Shown here piece by piece: positions 17,802 to 26,213 of a stretch of DNA of 30,618 nt. The DNA is taken from NCBI GenBank assembly GCA_030670015.1, contig DAOVCM010000001.1, forward strand, positions 1-30,618, read 5' to 3'. The notes beneath the pieces were generated by a model. The model was given only the letters and a program-made list of their open reading frames with translations. It was not told the origin of the DNA and made no database searches. The DNA comes from Candidatus Bathyarchaeota archaeon (GTDB lineage: Archaea > Thermoproteota > Bathyarchaeia > TCS64). How positions within the stretch are numbered: position 1 is the stretch's first letter; every line of letters starts with the position of its first letter. Both the position numbers and the translations under genes were made by a program.

Positions 17802-18089
17802 ACCTTAAATGTCTGAGATTTTTCAATCAGTGTGGTTATAGGTATTCATACTAAATAATCAAGATACAAAAATTATCCAAGATTCTAAATAAACGCAAAT
17901 GGCTCTTCTCTTAAGAGATAGTAATAATCGAAAATAGGGTATATTTATTTAAAATATCCTTTTATTTTCCTTATTATATATTATCTAAAACATACCTATA
18001 CATATCTAGTCAAGGATTTTTGGTTCTCCCTTAGAGAGCATATGAACCGAATGGTTGATTGTGGAATAGCTCCTTAGATATTCTTTTCA

Positions 18090-18172
18090 TGTGATTTTCC
18101 CCGTTCATCTGTGATATCACGTGGGTTAACAGAGGTCACAGCTTATCACATTGGAGTTACATGTGATATTAC
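18090..18172. repeat. Palindrome box cluster 3
   Basis: TGTGATTTT (18090), TGTGATATCAC (18110-18120), TCACA ending at 18140 and 18150, TTACA ending at 18161, and TGTGATATTAC (18162-18172). Confidence 0.85.
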
Positions 18173-18535
18173 GGATCCTAAACCTGCTTGAATAAGGGGA
18201 TATTTTATAATGCGAGGTCTAAAATGTCGTTGAAGTATTGAATCGTAAAATAGTCGAATTTTAATCATACATTTGTTATTAATAACTCAGTTATTCACCA
18301 AGTATATTTTTCTAAAAAAAACGATTCATACACAAATAACACAATGTTATATAACTTAATTAAAGATCATAGAAGAGAATAATTGTAAAAACCATGAAAG
18401 TCATGCTCTAAGGACTAGCTAAACCCAAATAAAAAAAGGTGCAAAGTCTATCTTGGGAACTCTCAAAAAAGGAAACAATAAAATAGTTAAAATAAAATAA
18501 TATTTAGTAGGAACATTAGTATATGGTGAGGGGTT

Positions 18536-19204
18536 TTGGAACTTTTCTTCGCCACGATGTCACTATTCGTAGTTACGATCGTAGGTTCTTTCATCTATTA
18601 CAAACGGATCAGAAAGGCTCAAATAGAGTATGAGGGCTCGAAGGACCTCGTTAGGAGTTTAACATTCGGTTTTACCCAGCAGCTAAGTAAATTTTCAAGA
18701 ACTATTGGGAGCCTTAGACAGGAAGTGTTAGGTGCCCATAGTATCGCATCTGAAGCTCTGAAGGCCAGTCGTGATGCAAAGGAGGTCATGAGGGAGGGAA
18801 GGGAGGAGACGGAGAAAATATCAAAGCGTATGGATGATACGGAGAAGGTATTTGATTCAATGAGGCAGGAGATGCAAGAGCTAGTAAGTAGAAAAGTTGT
18901 TCATCCTGTAAAAACAGAGGTAGAAGCGCCTATACCATTGAAACAGGAGGCAGTTCTAGACATGCTGACCCAGACGGAACTTGTCGTTCTTACATCTATA
19001 GAGGAGATGGTTGAGGGGTCGGGCCCGGAAATCAGGAAGCGTATTGGAAAAACGAGGGAGCACACGGCAAGATTACTGAAAAAATTATTCGAGAAGGGTT
19101 ACATAGATCGTAACACCAGTGGTATGCCTTACAGATATTACATAAGGAAGGAGATCAAGGAACTTATTCAGCAGCAGAAGGAAGCTATGAGGGTCGCCTT
19201 CTAA
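18536..19204 (+). CDS. Membrane-anchored coiled-coil protein with C-terminal winged helix-turn-helix
   Basis: N-terminal TM (LFFATMSLFVVTIVGSFIYY) followed by KRIRK, a heptad-rich helical middle, and LTQTELVVL...IGKTREHTARLLKKLFEKGYIDR wHTH. GGTGAGG SD-like sequence upstream. Confidence 0.75.
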   Translation: MELFFATMSLFVVTIVGSFIYYKRIRKAQIEYEGSKDLVRSLTFGFTQQLSKFSRTIGSLRQEVLGAHSIASEALKASRDAKEVMREGREETEKISKRMDDTEKVFDSMRQEMQELVSRKVVHPVKTEVEAPIPLKQEAVLDMLTQTELVVLTSIEEMVEGSGPEIRKRIGKTREHTARLLKKLFEKGYIDRNTSGMPYRYYIRKEIKELIQQQKEAMRVAF

Positions 19205-19269
19205 CCTAGGAACCACCTGTGAACAAGTATTTATACATCTAAAGGATAGAAACGGAGCGGAGAGTCTGT

Positions 19270-19617
19270 ATGAAATCAACGATAGTAGAGTATGCTCCTA
19301 AATTTGAGCCAGTGAAAGGTGCCATGATGACACTTATAGGTGATGGAGAAAAAATGACCTTTGTTAGGATCTACATCCAGCCGGGCACCGTTTTTCCGGA
19401 TCACAGTCATCCTAACGAGCAGATAGGAACCTGCGTTGAGGGTAAGGGCATCCTTACATCCGGAGGTGAAGATCTCAAGGTAGAGCCTGGAGTCACCTGG
19501 TCCATCCCCGGTGGTGAGGTTCATAAGTTCGAGGCCGTGGGAGACCAACCGGTTGTCATCTATGAAGTCTGGAGTCCTCCCAGAGAGGATTACAGGTCAA
19601 TGGCAAAAACAGTATAA
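19270..19617 (+). CDS. Cupin domain protein
   Basis: HSHPNEQ...EG and IPGGEVH cupin metal motifs. Confidence 0.85.
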   Translation: MKSTIVEYAPKFEPVKGAMMTLIGDGEKMTFVRIYIQPGTVFPDHSHPNEQIGTCVEGKGILTSGGEDLKVEPGVTWSIPGGEVHKFEAVGDQPVVIYEVWSPPREDYRSMAKTV

Positions 19618-19655
19618 GTCGTCAATCATAACACTCACTACCGGAGCCTTTCACC

Positions 19656-21155
19656 GTGTCGGTGGAGTTGAGAGAAGCCCTTGGTAAAATAATCGAATCC
19701 GGCTACCAGTTAAGCGCCGATGCATTCGATTATCTGAAAACCTTGGACAGGGATATCCTTCAAGACACCGTCAGACGGGTTCTCCTTTTCGCCAACTCCT
19801 CCGAAAAGGATGTTGTCATCCTCGATAGAATATTCTTTCAAAAAGTGATAGAAAGAAGTCGTGAAAAGTCAAAGGTCAAGGGATTCATAACTGGGAAATC
19901 CCTTGGTAGGCCTCTCGCCAGCGAGTATGAGGGGCAGATTCAGGTTCTAAACAATCAGCCTCCTGAGCCTTCCGGTGACCTGAAAGGATTCATCGACTAC
20001 TTTCGAAGTCGCTTCAAAAAGATCGAGGGTATATTTCGTAAAAGAATAGATATGAAAGATGTTGTCACTATTGGTATAGCCCAAAAAATGCCGTTAAAGT
20101 CAAAGATGAAGGTGATCGGTATGGTGACTACGAAGAGGGCGTCGGGGCCTCGCCTTTTCATCGAATTAGAGGATCCCGAGGACTCCATCACGGTGATGAC
20201 GTCGGACAGCGAGACAGTGAGAAAGGGACTAACCATCCTTCAAGATCAGGTTATCTGCGTGGACGCAGTCAAGTTCAAGCATGACCTCCTAATTGCGAAC
20301 GACTTTATCTGGCCGGACATACCCAGCCACTCACCGCGGAGATCTGAGATTCCGATGTGCGTCGCCTTTTTAGCTGATCTCCACATAGGCAGCAAACTTT
20401 TCCAGAAGAAAATTTTCAACCGTTTCATCAGGTGGATGAACTTGGAAGTCGGAAGACCAGAGTCAAGAAAAATGGCGGCTCGGGTAAAGTACGTTATCAT
20501 CACCGGTGACCTTGTGGATGGTATAGGCGTCTACCCTAACCACATGGATGAACTGGAGATCAAGGATATTAGAGAACAATACGAGACGGCGGCTCTCATA
20601 CTATCCGAGCTCCCAAACTACGTTGAGATCATTATCATACCTGGCAACCATGACCCCGTTCGAAAGAGTCTCCCCCAGCCACCTATCTCCAAGCAGTACG
20701 CTGAAAGAATACATAACGATGATAGAATTCATTTATTAGGGAACCCCAGTCATCTTCTCATCAATGGGGTAGAAGTTTACATTAGCCATGGGAAGGCTTT
20801 GGAAGAAGTTCTCTCACGTATCCCTGGAATGAACTTCCATAACCCTGAGGTCGGTATAGAACTTTTACTTCGCTGCAGGCACGTGGCGCCAACTTATGGT
20901 ACGTCAATTCCCATTGCCCCGGAGAAGGTTGACAGACTAGTTATTGAATCCACTCCAGATATCATACAAATGGGGCATATCCACGTCTACGGTTATAGGA
21001 GATACAAAGGAACTACCATTATCGCATCTGGCTCATGGCAAGAGCAGACATCTTTCCAGAAGAGGGTGAACTTATCCCCCACAATCGGGATAGCGCCTAT
21101 AGTTGACCTCCAGACACACAATATTGCACCTCTCGACTTTACCAAATCTTACTAA
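19656..21155 (+). CDS. polB: DNA polymerase II (PolD) small subunit DP1, proofreading exonuclease
   Basis: OB fold (IGMVTTKR...IELED), then ADLHIGS, GDLVDG, PGNHD, HG, RHVAPTYG and GHIH phosphoesterase motifs. Confidence 0.95.
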   Translation: MSVELREALGKIIESGYQLSADAFDYLKTLDRDILQDTVRRVLLFANSSEKDVVILDRIFFQKVIERSREKSKVKGFITGKSLGRPLASEYEGQIQVLNNQPPEPSGDLKGFIDYFRSRFKKIEGIFRKRIDMKDVVTIGIAQKMPLKSKMKVIGMVTTKRASGPRLFIELEDPEDSITVMTSDSETVRKGLTILQDQVICVDAVKFKHDLLIANDFIWPDIPSHSPRRSEIPMCVAFLADLHIGSKLFQKKIFNRFIRWMNLEVGRPESRKMAARVKYVIITGDLVDGIGVYPNHMDELEIKDIREQYETAALILSELPNYVEIIIIPGNHDPVRKSLPQPPISKQYAERIHNDDRIHLLGNPSHLLINGVEVYISHGKALEEVLSRIPGMNFHNPEVGIELLLRCRHVAPTYGTSIPIAPEKVDRLVIESTPDIIQMGHIHVYGYRRYKGTTIIASGSWQEQTSFQKRVNLSPTIGIAPIVDLQTHNIAPLDFTKSY

Positions 21156-21717
21156 GTCCTCGGGCAATGATTCCCGCAGTTCTAACAGGTTCGGGAATCC
21201 TACTTACAATTGCTGAAAGCTGTAATATGTGTTCACCCCATTTATTTGAGCATCCTATTACCTCAAAGTAAATGGGAGGTTCCTTGGGATGAGTTCTTGT
21301 GCTGTACACGGGCCCCAATTTTTTTATTATATCCCATCGCCAATGCCAGTCATCAAAATGCTTTTTGAGGGCCAACAACATTTTTTCGTTATCGGGTCGA
21401 GTTCCTGAATAAATGATAACAGGTATACCTGTCTCATTGAGTATTTTATTGGGATCTATGATATTGAATCCTGCAAATGTGATGCCTCCCAATATGACTG
21501 CATTTACCTCAATATTCTTAATGATGCTCAAGAGTTTCTGTGTGGCGTCTGCTCCGTCAATCTGGATTTTCGCAAGCCTTACGTCTATGATTTTGTCTAA
21601 TTCAGTTTCTACCCCACAGATAATAGTGAACGATGGAGTTGCACTAGAGAACTCTTTGAAGCTTCCGTCCTCTACGCCGAAGAGATGAATCATGTTTTTT
21701 AAGTCTTTATTAGTCAA
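21139..21717 (-). CDS. DUF99-family protein (endonuclease V-like fold)
   Basis: GVEDGSF, QIDGADAT, ILGGITFAGFNIID and IPEPVRTAGIIARG. Confidence 0.85.
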   Translation of the reverse strand: MTNKDLKNMIHLFGVEDGSFKEFSSATPSFTIICGVETELDKIIDVRLAKIQIDGADATQKLLSIIKNIEVNAVILGGITFAGFNIIDPNKILNETGIPVIIYSGTRPDNEKMLLALKKHFDDWHWRWDIIKKLGPVYSTRTHPKEPPIYFEVIGCSNKWGEHILQLSAIVSRIPEPVRTAGIIARGLSKIW

Positions 21718-22145
21718 TATTTCTCAATTTTACCGTAAATTTCAGACCTCAAAAGAAATTGTGGATATATGTTTTTGGGGACCTCAACGATTCCGTCGTG
21801 TATTATAATTTTATTTATACTACTCAGAGATTCTTTGTTGAGGTCTTTTTCGAAGGTTAGTCGACCTGAGGTCTCTATGTTAAATTTCCCAACTTCTTTT
21901 TTTATGTTTATTATATCTTTATTAGAGAGAGATATCTCCCCATTATTCTTCAGTGTGAACATGTTTCCATCGTTTCCACTTGTGCCATTATTTCCACCTT
22001 TACCGTTAGTTCCTCCATTTAGGAACTCTCTCAAAGCGTAATTGACTACTTCTGCAACACGTTTACCATCCTTCTTTGCCATTGAAAAAACTTCGTGGTA
22101 TAGATCTGTGTCGAGTCCTCGAATGGCAACGGTTTTGCGGGGCAC
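21714..22145 (-). CDS. Ribbon-helix-helix-like DNA-binding protein with C-terminal domain
   Basis: KTVAIRGLDTDLYHEVFSMAKKDGKRVAEVVNYALREFL fits a beta-alpha-alpha RHH pattern, followed by a G/N-rich linker. Start moved to GTG 22145; the ORF track gives 22193. Confidence 0.65.
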   Translation of the reverse strand: MPRKTVAIRGLDTDLYHEVFSMAKKDGKRVAEVVNYALREFLNGGTNGKGGNNGTSGNDGNMFTLKNNGEISLSNKDIINIKKEVGKFNIETSGRLTFEKDLNKESLSSINKIIIHDGIVEVPKNIYPQFLLRSEIYGKIEKY

Positions 22146-22171
22146 TTTAACACGTCCACATGATTGAATGT

Positions 22172-22197
22172 TTACTTGTTTACATGTTAACAAGTAA
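22172..22197. promoter_or_regulatory. 26-bp near-perfect palindrome (putative operator)
   Basis: TTACTTGTTTACATGTTAACAAGTAA: 12 of 13 positions pair. Adjacent to the self-complementary TATA-like CTTATAAG at 22199-22206. Confidence 0.65.
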
Positions 22198-22262
22198 TCT
22201 TATAAGAATATCGCATGGGATGATATTACACCGCATTCAACACAGTTTTTCCGGAGGGAGGG

Positions 22263-22925
22263 ATGGGGTTAGATCATATGTTAGAGGTAGATAGGACCAT
22301 CGGTGATAAAAAACACACGGTAAATTTCTCGCAACATGAAAATAACCTAAGTAAGTATGTAGAAATATACCGTAGGTTATTATTATTAAATGAGAAAAAT
22401 AACCTAGCAACGACCCTCAAAAACATACAGGAGTTACTATCTTTCACTGAAAATATTTTCTCTTCTTCCTCTATTGCTGAGACATTTCTATATTTCTGTC
22501 TTCACGGTGCTTCAACTGCTTGGGTTCTACAGAACGAGTTGAATATGCCAGAAGCTACTGCTTATAGATGTTTAAAACGGCTTAGATCTCTTGGAATAAT
22601 TATACCTGCTATTAAAATTTCTAAGATTAAGAATTCGAAAGGTGGACCAAGACCAACGATTTGGGCTCTAAAGGAAACGCCTACGGAAGAGATTGCTAGA
22701 GCACTTAGACTTCATTATCAGATGCTCAGCCCAAAATTCCGTGTTGCAGAGAAAGTTGCACAGACCATTCTTGACGAGTATATTACTAGGAGAAAAATCT
22801 ATGAGATCTCTTATAGAGAGATCGTGTTGCATGTTAAGGAGCTTAAAATGCCCTTTAGAGCACCTGACATAGCTGATCTTGCAGCTGATTATCTTCACGA
22901 GAAAGGCATAAAGGTGTGGAGATAA
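22263..22925 (+). CDS. Hypothetical winged-helix DNA-binding protein
   Basis: TFLYFCLHGASTAWVLQNELNMPEATAYRCLKRLRSLGII is a wHTH with a wing ending GGPRPTIWAL. The C-terminal helical domain may be a second WH. Confidence 0.65.
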   Translation: MGLDHMLEVDRTIGDKKHTVNFSQHENNLSKYVEIYRRLLLLNEKNNLATTLKNIQELLSFTENIFSSSSIAETFLYFCLHGASTAWVLQNELNMPEATAYRCLKRLRSLGIIIPAIKISKIKNSKGGPRPTIWALKETPTEEIARALRLHYQMLSPKFRVAEKVAQTILDEYITRRKIYEISYREIVLHVKELKMPFRAPDIADLAADYLHEKGIKVWR

Positions 22926-23006
22926 AATATCTGTCTTTTTTGGTGATTTACAATCCTTATTTAATTGATATAAAATAACAATTATTAAAATATTTTTTAA
23001 AATAAT

Positions 23007-23870
23007 TTATCTTATCTTTTTCATTTCTCTTCGCGCATCAATATGAGCACTTCTCAAGGGTTCTGGAAGATTCCCCTTTAACATCATTTCATTAACAATT
23101 TTTACACTTGTTTCTAGAGAAATTCGATGGCCAACAGATACATACAATGGAGAACGAGAATCAGTCCTTAATTCTGTACACGCGCTGGCTCCATCTCGTA
23201 ATAGCGATTTACAATCATAATGCTTTTCCCCGTTTGAACTTACCAATCGTCTTCTAGCTATACCAATGGTTGGTATATCTAACTCTAAGCCTACACATGT
23301 TGCGAGACCACAACATCGTGGATGCGCTATACCATGCCCATTAACAAATAGCAGATCAAACTCTGATACAAGCTTGGATGTTCTTTCTATTGATGGAGCC
23401 TCCCTGAACATGAAGTATCCTGAGATGTATGGGAAATGTACAGTAGATACTGTTGATGCCTTTTCTAATATTTTGAAACTTCTTTCCATGATGACGCAGA
23501 CAGCATATACCTCATAACCTCTATATGCTGCGTCAACCCCTGCAAATCTATTTAATTCTTTAAAATCATCCTCTTGAATTACTCGTTTTGACATACTCAG
23601 CTGAAGCTCCGCGAGCCGCTTAAGAGGCATATCCGAAGAGAAATCCCTGAAGATTTTTGTTTCCGGAACAAGGTTTTCAACTATTTTATGTCTATTTTTT
23701 CGTAGTTCGTTTCTCATAATCCGAGATATTGAAGGCGCTGCATCCGAGTCACCGAGGGAGGATGCTAGGTGATATGGCGTTGAGACCCTTCCTTCCGGTA
23801 TCTGGTCTAATAGGCTGTTTATTGCTGTGTATAGGTCTACCTCGGGAACCCTCATTTTTATGAGAAACAT
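23007..23870 (-). CDS. nfi: Endonuclease V with N-terminal AGT/MGMT-like DNA-binding domain
   Basis: EndoV motifs GVDAAY, PYISGYFMFREAP, NGHGIAHPR...GLA, PTIGIA, YVSVGH and PEPLRSAH. The N-terminal LLDQIPEGRVSTPYHLASSLG resembles the AGT HTH. Confidence 0.8.
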   Translation of the reverse strand: MFLIKMRVPEVDLYTAINSLLDQIPEGRVSTPYHLASSLGDSDAAPSISRIMRNELRKNRHKIVENLVPETKIFRDFSSDMPLKRLAELQLSMSKRVIQEDDFKELNRFAGVDAAYRGYEVYAVCVIMERSFKILEKASTVSTVHFPYISGYFMFREAPSIERTSKLVSEFDLLFVNGHGIAHPRCCGLATCVGLELDIPTIGIARRRLVSSNGEKHYDCKSLLRDGASACTELRTDSRSPLYVSVGHRISLETSVKIVNEMMLKGNLPEPLRSAHIDARREMKKIR

Positions 23871-23964
23871 TGGTGCTTATTGTGTTTATGTTATGATCTA
23901 TGATGTGAAATTGGTTTTTTGGTGTTATACTTGGATTATAAAAGGGTTGGTGGATTGATTAGTT

Positions 23965-25419
23965 TCAACTTTTTTCTATCTTCCAGATTGTGCCTTCAGA
24001 TGTGTCGGAGAGAATCACTCCTACCTTGGAAAGTTCCTCTCTTATTTGGTCGGAGAGAGTGAAGTTTCTATCCGTTCTAAGTCGCTCTCTAACTTTTGCG
24101 ATGATGTTTATCAGGTCTTGTGTTAACTCGTCAACTCCTGTACTAGTTGCCTCAAAAAGGCCTAGAACGTTCAGTAGACTGTGATAGATAACTGATGCCT
24201 TCATGAGGACTCCCTTGTTGGGGCCCTTTGCTATGTAATCATTTATGGTTTTGGAGAGGGCGTGAAGGGCGTTGAAGGCACTGTGAGTGTCGATGTCATC
24301 GTCCATGGCGTCTTCAAATGCTTTTTTGTGTGTGGATATTTCATGCAGAAATGTTTCTTCAATGTCGCCATAGTCAAGCTTTTCGTATTCGTCTTTACAT
24401 GCGTTTTCGATGAGGTTTAGTGTGTTCCTTAGTTTTTGCAACGAGTTCTCGGCGCTTTCCATTGCGGCCTCTGTATAGTCTACTTGCTTCCGGTAATGGG
24501 TGGAGAGGTAGAAGTATCTGAATACGTCTGGGGAGTATTTTGTTAGTACTTCGTCGAAGGAAACGTAGTTACCGAGGCTCTTGCTCATCTTTCTTCCGTT
24601 TATCTTGAGGAACCCTCCGTGCATCCAGAAGCGAACGAATTTTGTTCCTGTGTATGCTTCGGACTGAGCTATTTCGTTCTCATGATGGGGGAAGATGAGG
24701 TCCTCGCCTCCTGCGTGGATGTCTAGGGTGTCACCTAGATATTTACGTGTCATTACGCTGCACTCAATGTGCCATCCCGGTCTCCCTCTGCCCCAAGGTG
24801 ATTCATAGTAGATGCCGCGTTCTATTTCGTCTGGTGTCGACAGCTTCCAGAGAGCGAAGTCGTTGGCTGTCTCCTTCTCGTATTCGTCTACTGTCATCCG
24901 TTCGGTCTTCTTCACAGCTGAGAGGTCGACACCGCTGAGTTTTCCGTATTCTTGGAATTTGTCTATGTCAAAGTAGACGCCATCCCCAGATACGTAGGCG
25001 TACTCCTTTTTGATGAGGCCTTGTACGAACTCTATCATATCCTGAACATGTTCGGTAGCCCGGGGGTATACTGTAGCTCGCTTCATATTGAACCAGTCGA
25101 GGCCTCTGAGGAAGGACTTGACGTATCTTTCGGTGAACTCTTTTAGGGACACACCTTCTTTGCCCGAGTTGCGTATAGTCTTGTCGTCGATGTCGGTTAT
25201 GTTCATCACGTAGAACACGTCATACCCGCGATACTCCAGCCATCGTAGGACGATGTCACCGAGCAGGAAGCTACGAAAGTTGCCTATGTGGGGGTCACTG
25301 TAGACGGTGGGACCACAGACATACATCCTCACCTTCCCCTGCTCAATAGGTTCAAACGGCCGTTTACGCCGTGTGAAGGTGTCGTAGAACCGAAGCCCCA
25401 CTGGGTTTTTCATGGCCAT
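23965..25419 (-). CDS. cysS: Cysteinyl-tRNA synthetase
   Basis: [14 protein letters not shown] (HIGH), [25 protein letters not shown] and KMSKSLGN. Confidence 0.97.
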   Translation of the reverse strand: MAMKNPVGLRFYDTFTRRKRPFEPIEQGKVRMYVCGPTVYSDPHIGNFRSFLLGDIVLRWLEYRGYDVFYVMNITDIDDKTIRNSGKEGVSLKEFTERYVKSFLRGLDWFNMKRATVYPRATEHVQDMIEFVQGLIKKEYAYVSGDGVYFDIDKFQEYGKLSGVDLSAVKKTERMTVDEYEKETANDFALWKLSTPDEIERGIYYESPWGRGRPGWHIECSVMTRKYLGDTLDIHAGGEDLIFPHHENEIAQSEAYTGTKFVRFWMHGGFLKINGRKMSKSLGNYVSFDEVLTKYSPDVFRYFYLSTHYRKQVDYTEAAMESAENSLQKLRNTLNLIENACKDEYEKLDYGDIEETFLHEISTHKKAFEDAMDDDIDTHSAFNALHALSKTINDYIAKGPNKGVLMKASVIYHSLLNVLGLFEATSTGVDELTQDLINIIAKVRERLRTDRNFTLSDQIREELSKVGVILSDTSEGTIWKIEKS

Positions 25420-25577
25420 CTCTATACATCCCTCAATTTTTTCCTAGAATCAGCTAGACCTGGCGGCGAGACGAAGGTCAGTTCTGGCGCGTGGTACACA
25501 ATAGTCTCAATCTTCCATGTCTTTCTAGCTGGAGAAATGACTGTTAACCTCGCATTTAAACTTAAGGGTGCAGTTAA

Positions 25578-26210
25578 TCAACTATTTTCCTCTTCGAGTT
25601 TGTCCTTTAGCCTTTTAATAGATTCATTGAGCCTCCTGCGACCTACCTCTGATGTAACCTCGCTCCGGGTACGCTCAATAATGCCACGGGCGATGTCCAG
25701 CTTCCGCCTGAGCCCCTTCAGTAGTGGGACTTCCTCCATAGCGCCCAGACCGAGGTAGATACGCTCCATCACTTCAAGCTGAGACTCAGCTAGCTCAACG
25801 TTTCCGACACGCAGGGCGTCAAGGGCTTGACGCCTGAGTTCACCTGGGACATCTCCGAGCCCCATCAGATAAGTTGTGAGGGAGATTCCTATAGTCTCGG
25901 GGCTTGGGAAGGTGTTCTTAGTCTTTAACTCGTAGACGATGCAGGCTTCCGCGTACTCCTCTTGGGCGGCGCGGACTTGGTCAATGACCCATAGCTGAGA
26001 GCGTCTACCTATGATATCCTCCATCTCACGCATAAGGCTACGGGCTTCCTGGAGCTTCGTCCCCGCGGCTTGGACTGCGTCTCCATGCACGTGTTGTATG
26101 GCTTGCTTGGAGAGTATCCTCGCCCTTCTGGCTTTGACCCGTATTTCGTTAACGGCTTGTTCCCGGAGCCTAAGCTCCTCATCCGCCTTCTCTAGGAGTT
26201 CTTCCAACAA
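25578..26210 (-). CDS. Translin/TRAX family protein (archaeal C3PO-like)
   Basis: ARILSKQAIQHVH, AQEEYAEA, YLMGLGDVPGELRR and LRRKLDIARGIIERT. Confidence 0.88.
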   Translation of the reverse strand: MLEELLEKADEELRLREQAVNEIRVKARRARILSKQAIQHVHGDAVQAAGTKLQEARSLMREMEDIIGRRSQLWVIDQVRAAQEEYAEACIVYELKTKNTFPSPETIGISLTTYLMGLGDVPGELRRQALDALRVGNVELAESQLEVMERIYLGLGAMEEVPLLKGLRRKLDIARGIIERTRSEVTSEVGRRRLNESIKRLKDKLEEENS

Positions 26211-26213
26211 GTG

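Larger units (their letters stand above)
17244..18535. other. AT-rich intergenic region; candidate replication origin
   Basis: No ORF of 60 aa or more. Hand count gives 22 G+C in 120 nt over 17461-17580, versus 37 in 60 nt for a line in rpa. Contains repeated palindromes, and flanking PolD genes diverge from it. Confidence 0.55.

Noticed and set aside
17239-18172. CRISPR array or bacterial CRP sites
   Set aside because: Repeats are 12-22 bp with irregular spacing and there are no cas genes. CRP needs a 6-bp spacer between TGTGA and TCACA; here the spacer is 2 bp.
18536-22925. Naming either wHTH protein as WhiP or Cdc6
   Set aside because: Neither has AAA+ Walker motifs, and I cannot recognise WhiP-specific sequence. 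They are kept only as candidates.
25420-25577. Structured leader or C/D-box RNA upstream of cysS
   Set aside because: Two CTGA boxes are present on the minus strand, but there is no convincing C box or stable stem.
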